Assembly (NCBI GenBank): GCA_964234715.1
Contig: OZ174276.1
Length of the DNA: 64,000 bases
From: Podarcis melisellensis
Lineage: Eukaryota
Direction: 5' to 3' (one strand)
A program made the translations under genes and the position numbers. Below are positions 12,601 through 24,077 of the stretch, in pieces; position 1 is the stretch's first letter; every line of letters starts with the position of its first letter. The notes under the pieces are model-generated. The model did not search any database. It had not been told where the DNA came from and saw only the letters and a list, made by a program, of their open reading frames with translations.

Positions 12601-13651
12601 AGAACCAAAATATGTATTTTCATCTTGTAAAAGTTCAGCTTTTCTGGGACACAGAGGCTGGCCTGTCTTCAGGCAGCATAATCTAGGAAGAGGATCCAAT
12701 TATCCTGATACCTCTCTGCCTCTCAGATTCTTCCTCTTGCAGCTTCTATGATTAACACCATCAGTGATTGTGATGGAGAAGATAAGAGCATAGGTCTGAT
12801 ATGTGTTTTAGCACACTTATTTTGCAGGCCTCCTCCATCCTTCTCAGCACGCTGTCTTCAATGGATTTTGGAGGGGTGCATAGATAATTAATTCCCTCTT
12901 CAAACTATAACAAAAGAACCGATACAGCCCCATCAATGCCTCATGAGCCAGAGTTGGCTTGAAAAACAAATCGCTTTGGGGAGAGAGGGGTGTTGAGAGA
13001 TCTCCTCCATCCAGCTCCCACATCTAATAGGTTTGGTAGGTTTTTGTAGTGCTTCAAAATGCACACAAAACCCAGAGGTAATAGAAATGTGAGTGCATGG
13101 AGAAAGCAATGCTAAAAAACAACTTTCATGTCTCTTTAAAACTATTGACACTCATAACAGGAGAGAGTTACCAACCCCTGCCTTTGCCAGATAAAACAAG
13201 AGAACGGGGCTAGAGTTGCCAGCCAAGCACCAAACATCTTAACCAACATTGAGAGAACACAGTGCTGCGGTCTGTCCATTCATGATAGTTTTAAGGGTGA
13301 AATCTGCAAGGGAGGGAGACCAATCCAAGACATTCACAGGCAGTGAAATATACAATTGTTAAAAGATGGGATAAGGTGATGGGGGGGGGAGGTTTTCTTG
13401 CCCACTGACCCAACACAGCAGCTACACCGAGTCAAAAGCTTCTCTGTTTTCCAACATGTCCATATGGGAAATTTAGGCTAGCACAGATTTACACATTCCC
13501 CCCCAAAGGTGGAAAAACAAGCAGGCTCAATCCACCTGCCTTGCTTTCATTCCCTGCGAGGCTGTGTGGCCTGTCAAGGGAAAAAGCCGTGGACTTTTCG
13601 CTGAGCCCTGCATCACAGCAAAGTCAAAACAGGGCAAAAGGCAGGGCTTAC

Positions 13652-13815
13652 CCTCTGCTAACTATCAGCCTTAACGCATCCAAGTTGCCATGGTAGGCGG
13701 CCCATAGGGTTGGGGTCATGCCATCCTCATCCAGCGAGTTGAGGTCCTTCTTGGTGGCTTCCTTCAGCAGGTCGAGGTAGCCATCCCTGGCTGCCCTGTG
13801 GTAGTGGTCGTTCAT
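13652..13815 (-). CDS. USH1G: USH1G coding exon 1 ([55 protein letters not shown])
   Basis: ATG in caccATGA context, first ankyrin repeat, donor GG|GTAAGC, phase 2 matches exon 2. Confidence 0.96.
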
Positions 13816-14439
13816 GGTGCAGCTTTACTCCCTGGCTGCTTCATTGGGAAGGGCGAGAGGGGATAGTAAGAGGGCGGGCATGGAGTCTGAGGAGAGAGTT
13901 CCAGGAAAGCAGCTGGCTGAGAAAAGAGAGGAGGAGGAGGAGGGAGCTTTGTTACTTGGACACCTGAGAATCCCTGACCAGTGAGGGGAGGAACTCCTCA
14001 TATTGAATGCATGAGATTAGTTTCTGTGGATTCCCCTGGGTCCTAAGGATTCTTTGCCGCTCTCTGGTGTGCACTTCACCTTACCAAACCCCTTGCAGAA
14101 GACACTCGTTCTGTCCTCTTCCTAGCAGCAAAATGGGCTGGTAACACTGTGGAATTCTCTGCTCAGCTGTTGCCTCAATAGCTGAAGTTCTCGCTTTCAA
14201 GGGATTAAAACTTTCTGCCTGCTACCTGCTATTCTGAGACATTTTCTCCCTCCCCTTCAAATCTGAGATAACAGTGTTGTTGTGTTTTTTGAAAGGAAGT
14301 TTCTGGGAGGGATAGTTGCCGCATACAAAAATCCACTTTTGAAAAGGCTTCCCTCCACAATTTCCATTCAACAGAGAACTCTACAACTGTGTGAAGCAGC
14401 AAAGCAGCTGACTTTTAACCAGTTAGACCCTTGTGCCAT

Positions 14440-14577
14440 CCATCTCAGTATTGTGGGCACTGACTGGCAGCTCTCCTGGCCTTCAGGCCGGGGGTCTCTC
14501 CCAGTCCTACCTGGGAGGGGTGGGCAATAGCCCTGGGACCTTCTGCATGAAAAACACCACCCGCTGTGCTATGGCAC
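14440..14577 (-). mobile_element. Old tRNA-derived SINE fragment (same family as 55543-55727)
   Basis: ctcagtattg...tgactggcagc...tctcccagtcctacctgg...tgtgctatggc is the reverse-complement homologue. Confidence 0.5.
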
Positions 14578-15315
14578 TTCCTCCAGTGTTTACCCAAGTG
14601 AGAAGGTTCAATTTCAGAATAGCAGTAGTCGTCTTCCAGGAATGTTCTTCAGAATTGCTTGGTGCCTGTTTACTACGCAGTGTATGCCCACATCTAATGC
14701 AGGCTGCGCATGTGGTGCCTGTATGATGCATGTGCTTCCAGGCACCTGTTTGTTGCATCAACCATCTCAGTATGCGTGACCTGAATTTCAAAGGGCTGTG
14801 AGTGACCACTAGTTCCCTCTTCCTGGCTCTCTTTGGGAATACCTGGTCTTCTGGCGCCATCTGTTGCTCAGAGAATGAAATTCACTTAGAAGCTCTACCA
14901 GAAATAAGTGGCACTTTAGTGGCATAAGCTGTCATGGACTAGCGTCCAGAAATGTTTGTTTCCTTCCAGCCTTATTGAGCATGGAACTGGATGATTCACT
15001 CCTGCAGTTTTCTTAGGATAAATGGCTGCAAATGGCATTCTATTGCAATAGCATAAGTGGATGTCATGGATTATTATTTTTTAATGTAAACTGCTTAGAG
15101 GTTTTGATGGTGAAGTGGTGTATAAATCTGGTTACGTCAGTGAACAACTCATTGCCAGGGTTCCTTCCCTACAGTGCAATAACAGCAATCTTCTAACTAA
15201 TCTGAATTGTGCACTGTTGGCTAAAGGACAGTGATATTTAAGCACAAACAAAAACACAGACCCACAGGAAACAACACTGGCATTTAATGCCTAGGATAGT
15301 CAGGTGAAAAGGGGC

Positions 15316-15644
15316 TAAAGGTAAAGGTAAAGGGACCCCTCATGATTGACTCTGGGGTTGCGGCGCTCATCTCGCTTTATTGGCTGAAGGAGCCGGCGTA
15401 CAGCTTCCAGGTCATGTGGCCAGCATGACTAAGCCGCTTCTGGCGAACCAGAGCAGCGCACGGAAATGCCGTTTACCTTCCTGCCGGAGCGGTACCTATT
15501 TATCTACTTGCACTTTGATGTGCTTTTGAACTGCTAGGTTGGCAGGAACAGAGAACAAGCAACGGGAGCTCACCCCGTCGTGGGGATTCGAACCGCTGAC
15601 CTTCTGATCGGCAAGTCCTAGCCTCTGTGGTTTAACCCACAGCG
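15316..15644 (-). mobile_element. Sauria SINE, nearly full length
   Basis: (taaagg)n tail, box B ggattcgaacc, high similarity to the 34578 and 39290 copies. Confidence 0.92.
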
Positions 15645-16200
15645 GGGCTCCTTTGTCTTTAATAGTTGTGTAGAAAAGGGTTTGGTTGTGGTTTTGTTTT
15701 GTTGTCATTTATACTGAAATCCTCTCCCCTGCATAACTATTACAGGCACAAGAGCTCTGTACTCTTTTTCATCTGGCCCCCAACTCTAAAAATATGCAGG
15801 AGATAAGACACCGACAATGCAGTCCTTATATATCACATCTACTGAGAAGACTCAGTAAGTTCAATGGAGCTCGTATAGGATCAATGGAGTGTGTATAGGA
15901 TTTCAGCCTAAAGAGGTTTTACTTCCAGCTCAAGACTGGCAGGTTGATACTAAGCCAAGGCCAATTGTTGCTGTCATGCTTTTTTAAAAATAATAATAAT
16001 AATGAAATGAATTGTGACCTGTGCAGTATGGTTTGTGATAAGATCCCACCTTCCCACCATTTTTACTGTCAAGTGACCTTGACCCTCTCTTCCTCATCCT
16101 TTCTTCCCTAAAACTAGCTACTGCACAAAATGGATCATGTGAGCCTTATTGAGTTTATGAAGATCACTGGTGGTGTAAATCACAGAGGTGTCCGGACAGA

Positions 16201-16293
16201 TATAAATTCCAGGGCATCTGTGAGCTGGGGGAAAAGGAAGCTTGTGTGAAAGCAGCGGTGAGGAAAGAGAGTCGACTTGCAGGTGGAAAACAG
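16201..16293 (+). promoter_or_regulatory. Candidate OTOP2 TATA box (16201-16206) and non-coding first exon ending at donor CAG|GTAGGT
   Basis: TATAAA lies about 90 nt upstream of a good donor. The first coding exon begins with an acceptor (ccttcag|, 16997), so an upstream exon is implied. Confidence 0.45.
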
Positions 16294-17032
16294 GTAGGTG
16301 CATTTGTTCTTTGTTGTGATTACTGTTCTTGTCTCTTCGTGCCTAGTTATAAAATACCAACTTAGCGATATTAGTAGCAAATCTTAACTCCAGCACTGCA
16401 TGCAATCCCATGCATCTAAAGTAAGTTCAGTTTGTTTTCAACGGGACTTATTCCCAGGCTAATGCTCATACGATTGCAACCTAGGGCTGTAGGTTTCAAT
16501 GCACACCTGGGAATACACTCTCGAGTATATTTTCAGTGGAGTTTGTAGGAGCCAACACCAATGGCTGAGGTCCCTTCGCCCCCCCCCCCAATAAAATATT
16601 TGAAGGGGTCAGCCTCCCCGCCAAAAAGTTGATGGGCATTGCCATTCAAATGGTGTACGTGCACTATGTCTTGTGATTGATATTTTATTCAAATTGGCAA
16701 CCCAGGTGTGCTCCCCTAGCTGATCTGTTTCTTCACAACGCAGTAGTACAACTAGATAGTTCTTGCTGCTTGCAAATCCCTCAAAATAAGGGCCTTAGAA
16801 AGTAACAGAATAGGCTTTCACAACATGGGAGCTTGCTATGGAAAGACCAGGTGAAAGATTGCACCTTGAAGCCCACCTTTGCAGGTCTTACTGTTCTCTT
16901 TTTATGTGCATCTCCCCCCTTTTTCTAACAATACCATAATTTACAATGACACTAACGTAGGTGTGTACATATTCTCTCTTCCTTCCCCCACCTTCAGGCC
17001 AGCAGCAGCATCTCCTCGGTGCCCATTAAATC

Positions 17033-17447
17033 ATGACCGAAGTATCAATGTGGCAAGACTGTGAGATCAGACGTGAGGATTCCATTATGGGCTCCGGCCA
17101 CAAGGACGATAAGGGCAGCTTTGGACCTGACCCGCTATCTCCCACCTCTCCCATTGGCTCCCACAAGTGCCCGTCTCCCTCGCCACACAGCTCCAAAGAA
17201 GTCTGGAAGAAAGGAGGGCGTGTCTTCTCCATTCTACTAGCCATCAATTTGGTGCTTCTGTCCTGCACACTGGTCAGCGGTGGGGCTTTCCAAGAAGTAA
17301 AGCTGCATGACTATGATGTCTTTTTCATGCTTATCATTGTGATGCTGATCAACATTGCCTGGATGCTCTTCTACATCTTCAGAACCTCCAGGCTGCAGGG
17401 TGCCATTCCTTGCAAGGACAACCATGCAGGGCCCATCTGGCTGAGAG
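17033..17447 (+). CDS. OTOP2: OTOP2 coding exon 1
   Basis: MTEVS...WKKGGRVFSILLAIN...HAGPIWLR G|GTGAG, 415 nt. The exact start is uncertain (in-frame ATGs at 17033, 17048, 17087). Confidence 0.9.
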
Positions 17448-18397
17448 GTGAGCAGGAAGCTATATGTTGTTGGGTGGGAAGGACAAAGCATAAACATGAT
17501 GAGCAAGTGGGTCTTATTCCCATGGGAATGGGGCAAATCCATGAAAGGGGTGCTGCTGCATTCATAAGAATATGAAAAGAGACAGCTGGATCAGGCCAGC
17601 GGCCCATTGTAGTACATCAACCTATTCTCACAGTGGCCAAGCACATCCCTGCCTATATTTAATCAAAAATCTCAACTGTTCTCTAAGTTCTGCGAGACTT
17701 ACTGTTCTGCTGAGAGCCGTAAGCGGGAAATACCTTCAGTGTCCAAGAAGAAAGCTAGGTAAAAAGTTATGTCACATTTGGTGTGGCTGCCAGAGGTGAT
17801 GACAGGATCTGGAGCATCTAACCCAGGTTCATGGGTTTTCAAAGCAAAGCTGTTGATCCACTACAATCCCTAACATACACCCCCCCAACCACTTATCCTC
17901 CAGTGCTTTGGAGAGCATTAAGGAGGGTGGATTTAAGAATTACAGAAGCAAGCAAGTGACATAATATTACTGGGGAGGCTCAGATGTCTTGTCTGCCTGT
18001 CAAACAGAAAATGGCGCAGTGCAGATCTTTTGCCAAAGGGGCCCAGCAGAAATCTGGAGCCAGCTCTGAGTACCCCTGTGTAATCAAGGACTTGGAAGAG
18101 TTGGAGCTCCATTTACTGAGACGGATTCTGCACCCTGACATTGAGTTTGGACTTGATTTGCTTGAGGCAACACACACACACACACACGTATTCCATTTTA
18201 TAAAAGCAAAAATAAACCAATAAGACTCCTGTTTCAGCAGACTGGTACCTTGTGCATGAAATTCCATTGTTGTTACTTTATGTGGGCTGCTGGCATAAAG
18301 GATCCATGGCTGTGGGTAAAAAGACAAAATAGAGGAACTATAGGAGTCTAGGAATCTGATGTGCACAGAATGTGATTGCATTTTTTTTCCAAAACAG

Positions 18398-18534
18398 GAG
18401 GCTTGGTCTTGTTTGCAGTCCTCTCGCTGGTAATGGATGCTTTTAAGACCGGATATTATTCCAGCTACTATAAGTGCCTGTCACCCATCAGAATAATGTT
18501 TCCAGTGGTACAGGGTGTGTTTGTGATCACTCAG
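18398..18534 (+). CDS. OTOP2: OTOP2 coding exon 2
   Basis: aaacag|GA GGC TTG (GLVLFAVLSLVMDAFKTGY...FVITQ)|GTGAGT, 137 nt. Confidence 0.95.
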
Positions 18535-19487
18535 GTGAGTTGGACTCTTCTTTTGGGTACATAGGAGATAGTCTATGGTGGGGGAAGCCAGCCTGGGACT
18601 CTCCAGATGTTGTTGGACCCCAAATCCCATCAGCTCCAGCCAGCATGGCTAAGGCTTAGGGAAGATGGGAGTTCATATCTTGCTGTGACTGATTCACTGA
18701 ACCCAGCACATGCAGCAACCTTAGCTGAGATGAGGAAGCAAAAGGAATGGGTGGTGGCAAGTTCTTTAGCCTCGTTAGCTGTGCTTGTGTTTACTGGAGA
18801 CTGTTCTTAGTTAGGACCTTGTCTGCTAGGAGGAGAGTGGATAAAATTATACCACTGTTTCCTTTTTGTGTGGCCTCACAGCTGCCTGGTTAATATACTT
18901 GGAGAGCCTCTTGTCTATCTTTTGGTTTACTTTTAGACCTGGAAAGGTTAACATTCCTGTAAAAAACATTCTAATGGGCGCAGGAGAATCTGTCACTAAT
19001 TAGATCCAGGACACTTCCAAACTATGGGGGTTTTTTTTGGGGGGGGGAGATCTGAGTGTATTCTGCAACATGTCACAGATTCAGCAATTGTGCATCAGTG
19101 GTGGATTTATACTTGGCTGTCCACACAGCATCCTGCTTCATTAGTTTAACACTCTTCTACAGGAATGATGTATAGAAACAGCTGGGTGGGAAATGAATCC
19201 TACAGCCATTTGATATTGGAAGGGCAAGGATATTAGTAAGACTAGCCATGCCTTTAAGGCCCCAAAGTGATCCTTGGGAGTTGGCGAGTTTGCATCGCAT
19301 AGAAGTGGAAGGAATATTTCGTCTATAAGCTGGGTGAAGGGACAGAAGTTACTAAATAGGATAAGAGTAAATGTGACATCAAATTTCTTTGCTCTCTTTT
19401 TTTGCCTCTTCCATTCATTCCCTGCGCTTCATTCCCTACCTACTTTGGAATGTCATTTTAAATATATATACTTCTTCCCTGTTTTAG

Positions 19488-19546
19488 ACTGTCTTCCTCT
19501 GGATGTCTGCCCAAGACTGCATCCACAAGCATCTGAATCTTACCAG
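19488..19546 (+). CDS. OTOP2: OTOP2 coding exon 3
   Basis: ttttag|TVFLWMSAQDCIHKHLNLTR|GTAAAT, 59 nt. Confidence 0.93.
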
Positions 19547-19996
19547 GTAAATATCCAGGCCACTTAACTATGTCTGTCCATGCTGCTTTGTCATTTTATT
19601 AAGCCTCAGCCTAGGCTGGCTGAACAGAGGGCCGAATCCCAACATGCTAGCCATAACATCATCACCAGTCATGAAAGACAAGGAAGGGATCTGCAACAAA
19701 ATGCAGGGTCCTGTTCCGTCTTAAAGGGCTCTTTGAAAAGGCCAGCCCAAGACATGTTGCTGCTGAAGGTAGAACAGCAAATGATATCATCCTCTCGAGA
19801 CCAGCCAAGTTATTCTGGGAACTGCGTCAGAAAACCCCACAAGTATCTCTCCCCCTCCCTGGCAGTAAATATACAATCATAATAAGTAAATAACAACTTG
19901 CTGCCTTCTCATGAATCCCAGAATTGTTGCCTAAAGTGGCTGTCTTGCTCTACCTAATGGTGGGTGTCCTCTGCAAGTTCCTGCTCCAGAGGATAA

Positions 19997-20178
19997 GTTA
20001 CAAGTAGGTAGCCATGCTGGTCTGCCGTAGTCGAAATAAAATAAAATAAAATAAAATAATTCCTTCCAGTAGCACCTCAGAGACCAACTAAGAAGTGTGC
20101 ATGCACACGAAAGCTCATCCCAATAACAAACGCAGTTGGTCTCTAAGGTGCTGCTGGAAGGAATCTTTTTTATTTTGT
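19997..20178. mobile_element. Penelope-like retroelement remnant (inverted arms with hammerhead-like core)
   Basis: 31-bp inverted arms at 20059-20089 and 20134-20164, GTGTGCATGCACAC-GAAA core, flanking direct repeat TCCAGAGGATAA. Confidence 0.75.
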
Positions 20179-20406
20179 TCCAGAGGATAACTACATGATG
20201 GAAGACCTCTTCTCTCTGCCTGTTGCTGTTGTTTGTCTTAGCTCTCCTGGTAGAAATAGCTCACAGCAACAACAGCAGCTTAGAATTTTTATATTGAGCT
20301 TTTTCTCAGTGCTCCAAAATCCCACCTCTTGCATTTATTGTCATGGTGTATAATCCTGTAATGAACAGAGTTTAACTCCATGGTTCCACGCTTTCTCTTC
20401 CTACAG

Positions 20407-20525
20407 ATGTGGCTTGATGCTCACGTTGACCACCAACCTAGCAGTGTGGATGGCAGCTGTAACAGATGAGTCAGTTCATAAGGCTGAATCAAAGAACCCA
20501 GTTGCAAATGTTACACACAGAATGG
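20407..20525 (+). CDS. OTOP2: OTOP2 coding exon 4
   Basis: ctacag|A CGLMLTLTTNLAVWMAAVTDESVH...THRM G|GTAAGT, 119 nt. Confidence 0.93.
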
Positions 20526-20989
20526 GTAAGTGGCTCAAGCAAGGCGATCCGTTTAGAATAACTGAGATTAAAACTCACAAGGCTTGCTCACTCACACATT
20601 ACACTGAACTCAGGTACAAGCTGTCTCTGCACATGTACAAGTGGTTGCATGAAGCAATGTATACTTGTAGATTTGCACAACTCATTGTACACAGATTATA
20701 CACTTGTCAAATGTTCATGTGTGGACATGCCTACAGTGCAGTGGACAGCCCTACAGAGCAGCAGTTTCATAGTGGATCATTTTACAATATTCTTTTACTT
20801 TTGCTTATATTAAAGAGCAGTTTACCCAAAAGCAGACTTCAGTGGAAAATTCCATGGAGTAAGGTTGAAATTAGGGTCCCCACTTCTTAACCAGCCCATA
20901 TCTGCCCTATCTCCTGAACATTCCAAGGCCAGGAAAAATTTAGTTGGGTAGTGATGGTGTTTCTTTGTTTTGTGAAGTGCTACATAGAT

Positions 20990-21278
20990 GATTCAAAACC
21001 CTGTGACGGGGTGAGCTCCCGTTGCTCGGTCCCTGCTCCTGCCAACCTAGCAGTTCGAAAGCACATCAAAGTGCAAGTAGATAAATAGGTACCGCTCTGG
21101 CGGGAAGGTAAATAGCGTTTCCGTGCGCTGTTCTGGTTTGCCAGAAGCGGCTTAGTCATGCTGGCCACATAACCCGGAAGCTGTACGCCGGCTCCCTCGG
21201 CCAGTAAAGCGAGATGAGTGCCACAACCCCAGAGTCGGTCACAACTGGATCTAATGGTCAGGGGTCCCTTTACCTTTA
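20990..21278 (+). mobile_element. Sauria SINE, 5'-truncated
   Basis: Body and cctttaccttta tail; TSD TACATAGAT at 20981-20989 and 21277-21285. Confidence 0.92.
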
Positions 21279-21634
21279 CATAGATTATTGTCCCCCTTCT
21301 GCACCACAACTCACAAACTAAAAGATTCTTCCTGGGAAGACACCAGGAACAGGCCTCGGCCTCACATGCTCCCATCCCTTCCCTGGTTTTCCTACTCCGT
21401 TCTGGAAAGTATGAGAAGTGAATCCCCAACAAAGGAGGCCTGCTGTTATTTGAACAAAAAATCTCCCCAGCTGCCAAGAAAATAAACTGTTTCTAAAAGG
21501 GTAGTCGGCCATTCAGGCTCTCATTTAGCTCCTGTAAGAAGGGGTTGGGAGGGAGAGCATGGGCTTGTGTGAGTGAACCTAAGGGCCCCTCTCAGTATTC
21601 CTCTCTGAGGGTGATAACATCCAAAGAAACCCAA

Positions 21635-21638
<4 letters not shown>

Positions 21639-21713
<75 letters not shown>
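21639..21713. repeat. Compound (TC)n(CA)n microsatellite
   Basis: Read directly from the sequence. Confidence 0.95.
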
Positions 21714-21716
<3 letters not shown>

Positions 21717-22043
21717 CTACCTGCCCCTTCCCCTACCTCTTAGCCTAATTAGTTTCAGAGTTGTTGGGAGGGGGGACATCTGTGTGTATCATTTTGACCA
21801 CCACAGAGGAAAAGCAAGATATAAATGCAATGCACAAAGCACCTGTAGAGTTTTGAGAGGGCTTGAAGAATCATGGAGATGGCTCTGAAGTGGCAACTCC
21901 CATTTCAATCCCATTCCAACAAAATTCATAGATATTGCAATCGTTGGCTCATTTCTTCTCAGAGTCCTGTTTTGTTTAAAGAACAAAAACCTTTCACAGA
22001 ACAATAAGTAGCCCCTAACAAGCTTGTTTTCTCTTTGTTGCAG

Positions 22044-22939
22044 CTCTGTTAATGATGAGGGCGGCCTCGCACCCAGAAAACTGTGCCTGCAAAAGCCAAC
22101 TCTGCAAGATCTTCCAGAATGGCTATTACTGGTTGTACCCCTTCAATATCGAGTACAGCCTCTTCGCTTCTGCCATGGTCTACGTCATGTGGAAGAACGT
22201 TGGCCGCCTCATTGATCCCCATGACAACCATATCCACCAACTGAAGTTCAAGCTTTTCAGAAGGACTTATTTTTTGGGCACCATCGTGGGGTTCTTGGTC
22301 CTTGTGACGGGCATAGCGGTCCTGATTGTGTATGAGATTCAGGTAAATTCAAAGGAAGACTCTAAGAGGACCGACCAGGTGCTCACTATGTATTACGGCT
22401 TCAACATCGTTTGCCTGAGCCTGATGTCCGCCATCTGCATCGCAGGCTCCATCGTTTATAGATTTGACAAGAGGGACATGGACCATCACAAGAACCCAAC
22501 CAGAACTTTAGATGTAGCATTATTGATGGGTGCAGCCTTGGGGCAATATGCCATTTCCTATTACTCTATTGTGGCCACAGTGGCCAGTTCACCAAGGGAC
22601 ACTATAAATGCCCTCAACTTGAGCTATTCCCTGCTGATGCTTGCTCAACCCACTTTCCAAAACATTTTCATCATTGAAGGCTTGCACCGGCAACCCCCAG
22701 AAGAGGAAGACAAAGTTGACCCTCAGCAGAAGGGTATCTATGGGCTCACTTTTGTCAATATGAATGCAATATCGCTCCGTGTCCCTGAGAGTTTGAGTGC
22801 TCTGCCGCCCAGCGCACTGCCAGGGTTAGCCATTCAGACTTCTGAAGCGAGGCGGTCACTCAAGGCCTCCAAGAAAATGAACTGGAGAAGAAGATTCTTA
22901 AAGGAGATCTCAGTGTTCCTGCTCTTGGGGAATGCCATT
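22044..22939 (+). CDS. OTOP2: OTOP2 coding exon 5
   Basis: ttgcag|CT CTG TTA ATG; YWLYPFNIEYSLF, KNPTRTLDV, FQNIFIIEGL, FLKEISVFLLLGNAI|GTAAGT, 896 nt. Confidence 0.95.
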
Positions 22940-23191
22940 GTAAGTAAATCAGCTAATTAATTTGGAAAATTTCTTATTCCTTAGGGGGGAAATACATAGC
23001 AGCAAAGCATGCAAGGAACTCCTGCTCTGAGGCAAGGGGGGAATGTAGATGTACATCTTGAGTATTTCCTTTTATAACCAGTTGTGGTCATGTTAATTAC
23101 ATCAACACATTTTCATGTGTGACAAAAGATGTAGCTGTAGGGTGTGTAGTGGAGTCTCTGATAGAACTAGGTGTTCACAAGAGACATGGAA

Positions 23192-23193
<2 letters not shown>

Positions 23194-23229
<36 letters not shown>
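23194..23229. repeat. (CT)n microsatellite
   Basis: Read directly from the sequence. Confidence 0.95.
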
Positions 23230-23231
<2 letters not shown>

Positions 23232-23243
23232 TAACAAAACGTA

Positions 23244-23412
23244 CCGTATTTTTCCATGTATAAGACTAGGGTTTTCCCCTAAAAAATAATGTCAAAAATT
23301 AGGGGGCATCTTCTATATGGGGCCATCTCCCCCATTTTCTTAAATCTGAGCCCCCCCCAAAAAAATAGGGGTGTCTTATACATGGGGGCATCTTATAGAA
23401 GGAAAAATACGG
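23244..23412. mobile_element. TcMar (Tc2-like) MITE, TIR CCGTATTTTTCC
   Basis: ta|CCGTATTTTTCC ... GGAAAAATACGG|ta. Confidence 0.8.
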
Positions 23413-23906
23413 TATATTACACTGTATTATTTTTTCTATACAGGGCTCACCCACACTTCCTTCTTTGCCATGCTTTCTAGGCTAAAGTCCAGGCTTTCCA
23501 GATCCAGAATTTCCAAGCTGTTTTACCTCCTTCCACTGCTTTCTGCTGAATCCAAGCAAACCTTTGCTCCAATTCAGTGGTAAAACCCGGGTCTCCCAGG
23601 GCAAACAGTAGGACCAAAACAAGTGCTCAGACGTGGGCCTGGAAATCCTGGATCTGTGCCTACAGTAGAAAACACAGCACAAAAGGAAGTGTGGATGACC
23701 CCACAGAGTGGGAGAAACGCATGGCACGATGGCATCATCTCCTGTGCTGTTATTTTTAAAAGCTATTGAGAAGTGAGCTCCAGGTCTCTTGAAAAGCCTA
23801 GTTTCCACCCTTTATAGCTTGCTGATATAAAACTATGTAATACAGAGGGTGCTTACAGATTCCTAATGTTCTTGTGTGGCTTTTTTCCCTTTCTTTCCCC
23901 AAACAG

Positions 23907-24077
23907 CTCTGGGTCATGCCAGCATTTGGAGCCCGGCCACAGTTTGACAACAAAACAGAGCTCGCGTTCTACGGTTATCCCATGTGGGCTGCCATTGTGG
24001 ACATCTGCCTGCCATTTGGCATCTTCTACAGAATGCATGCAGTGGCCAGCCTACTGGAAGTCTACATCATGTCTTAA
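23907..24077 (+). CDS. OTOP2: OTOP2 last coding exon
   Basis: aaacag|LWVMPAFGARPQFDN...LPFGIFYRMHAVASLLEVYIMS*, 171 nt. Confidence 0.95.
   Translation, partial: LWVMPAFGARPQFDNKTELAFYGYPMWAAIVDICLPFGIFYRMHAVASLLEVYIMS

Larger units (their letters stand above)
1210..13815 (-). other. USH1G: USH1G (SANS) gene, CDS span: join(13815-13652, 3759-2527, 1213-1210), 466 aa
   Basis: Three ankyrin repeats, central region, SAM domain and C-terminal TEL PDZ-binding motif. Exons of 164+1233+4 nt = 1401 nt, in frame. Confidence 0.96.
17033..24077 (+). other. OTOP2: OTOP2 gene, CDS span (6 coding exons, 598 aa proton channel)
   Basis: WKKGGR, DNHAGPIWLRG, LYPFNIEYSL, KNPTRTLDV and FYRMH otopetrin motifs; synteny with USH1G and OTOP3. 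Confidence 0.95.

Noticed and set aside
13684-13697. X-box-like GTTGCCATGGTAGG
   Set aside because: Lies in USH1G coding sequence and is explained by the Tyr-His-Gly-Asn codons; the right half-site is poor.
20980-21477. Recurring similar ORFs (AEGAGVQL...ASMTKPLL) here and at 34629 and 39255
   Set aside because: Translations of Sauria SINE copies, not a gene family.
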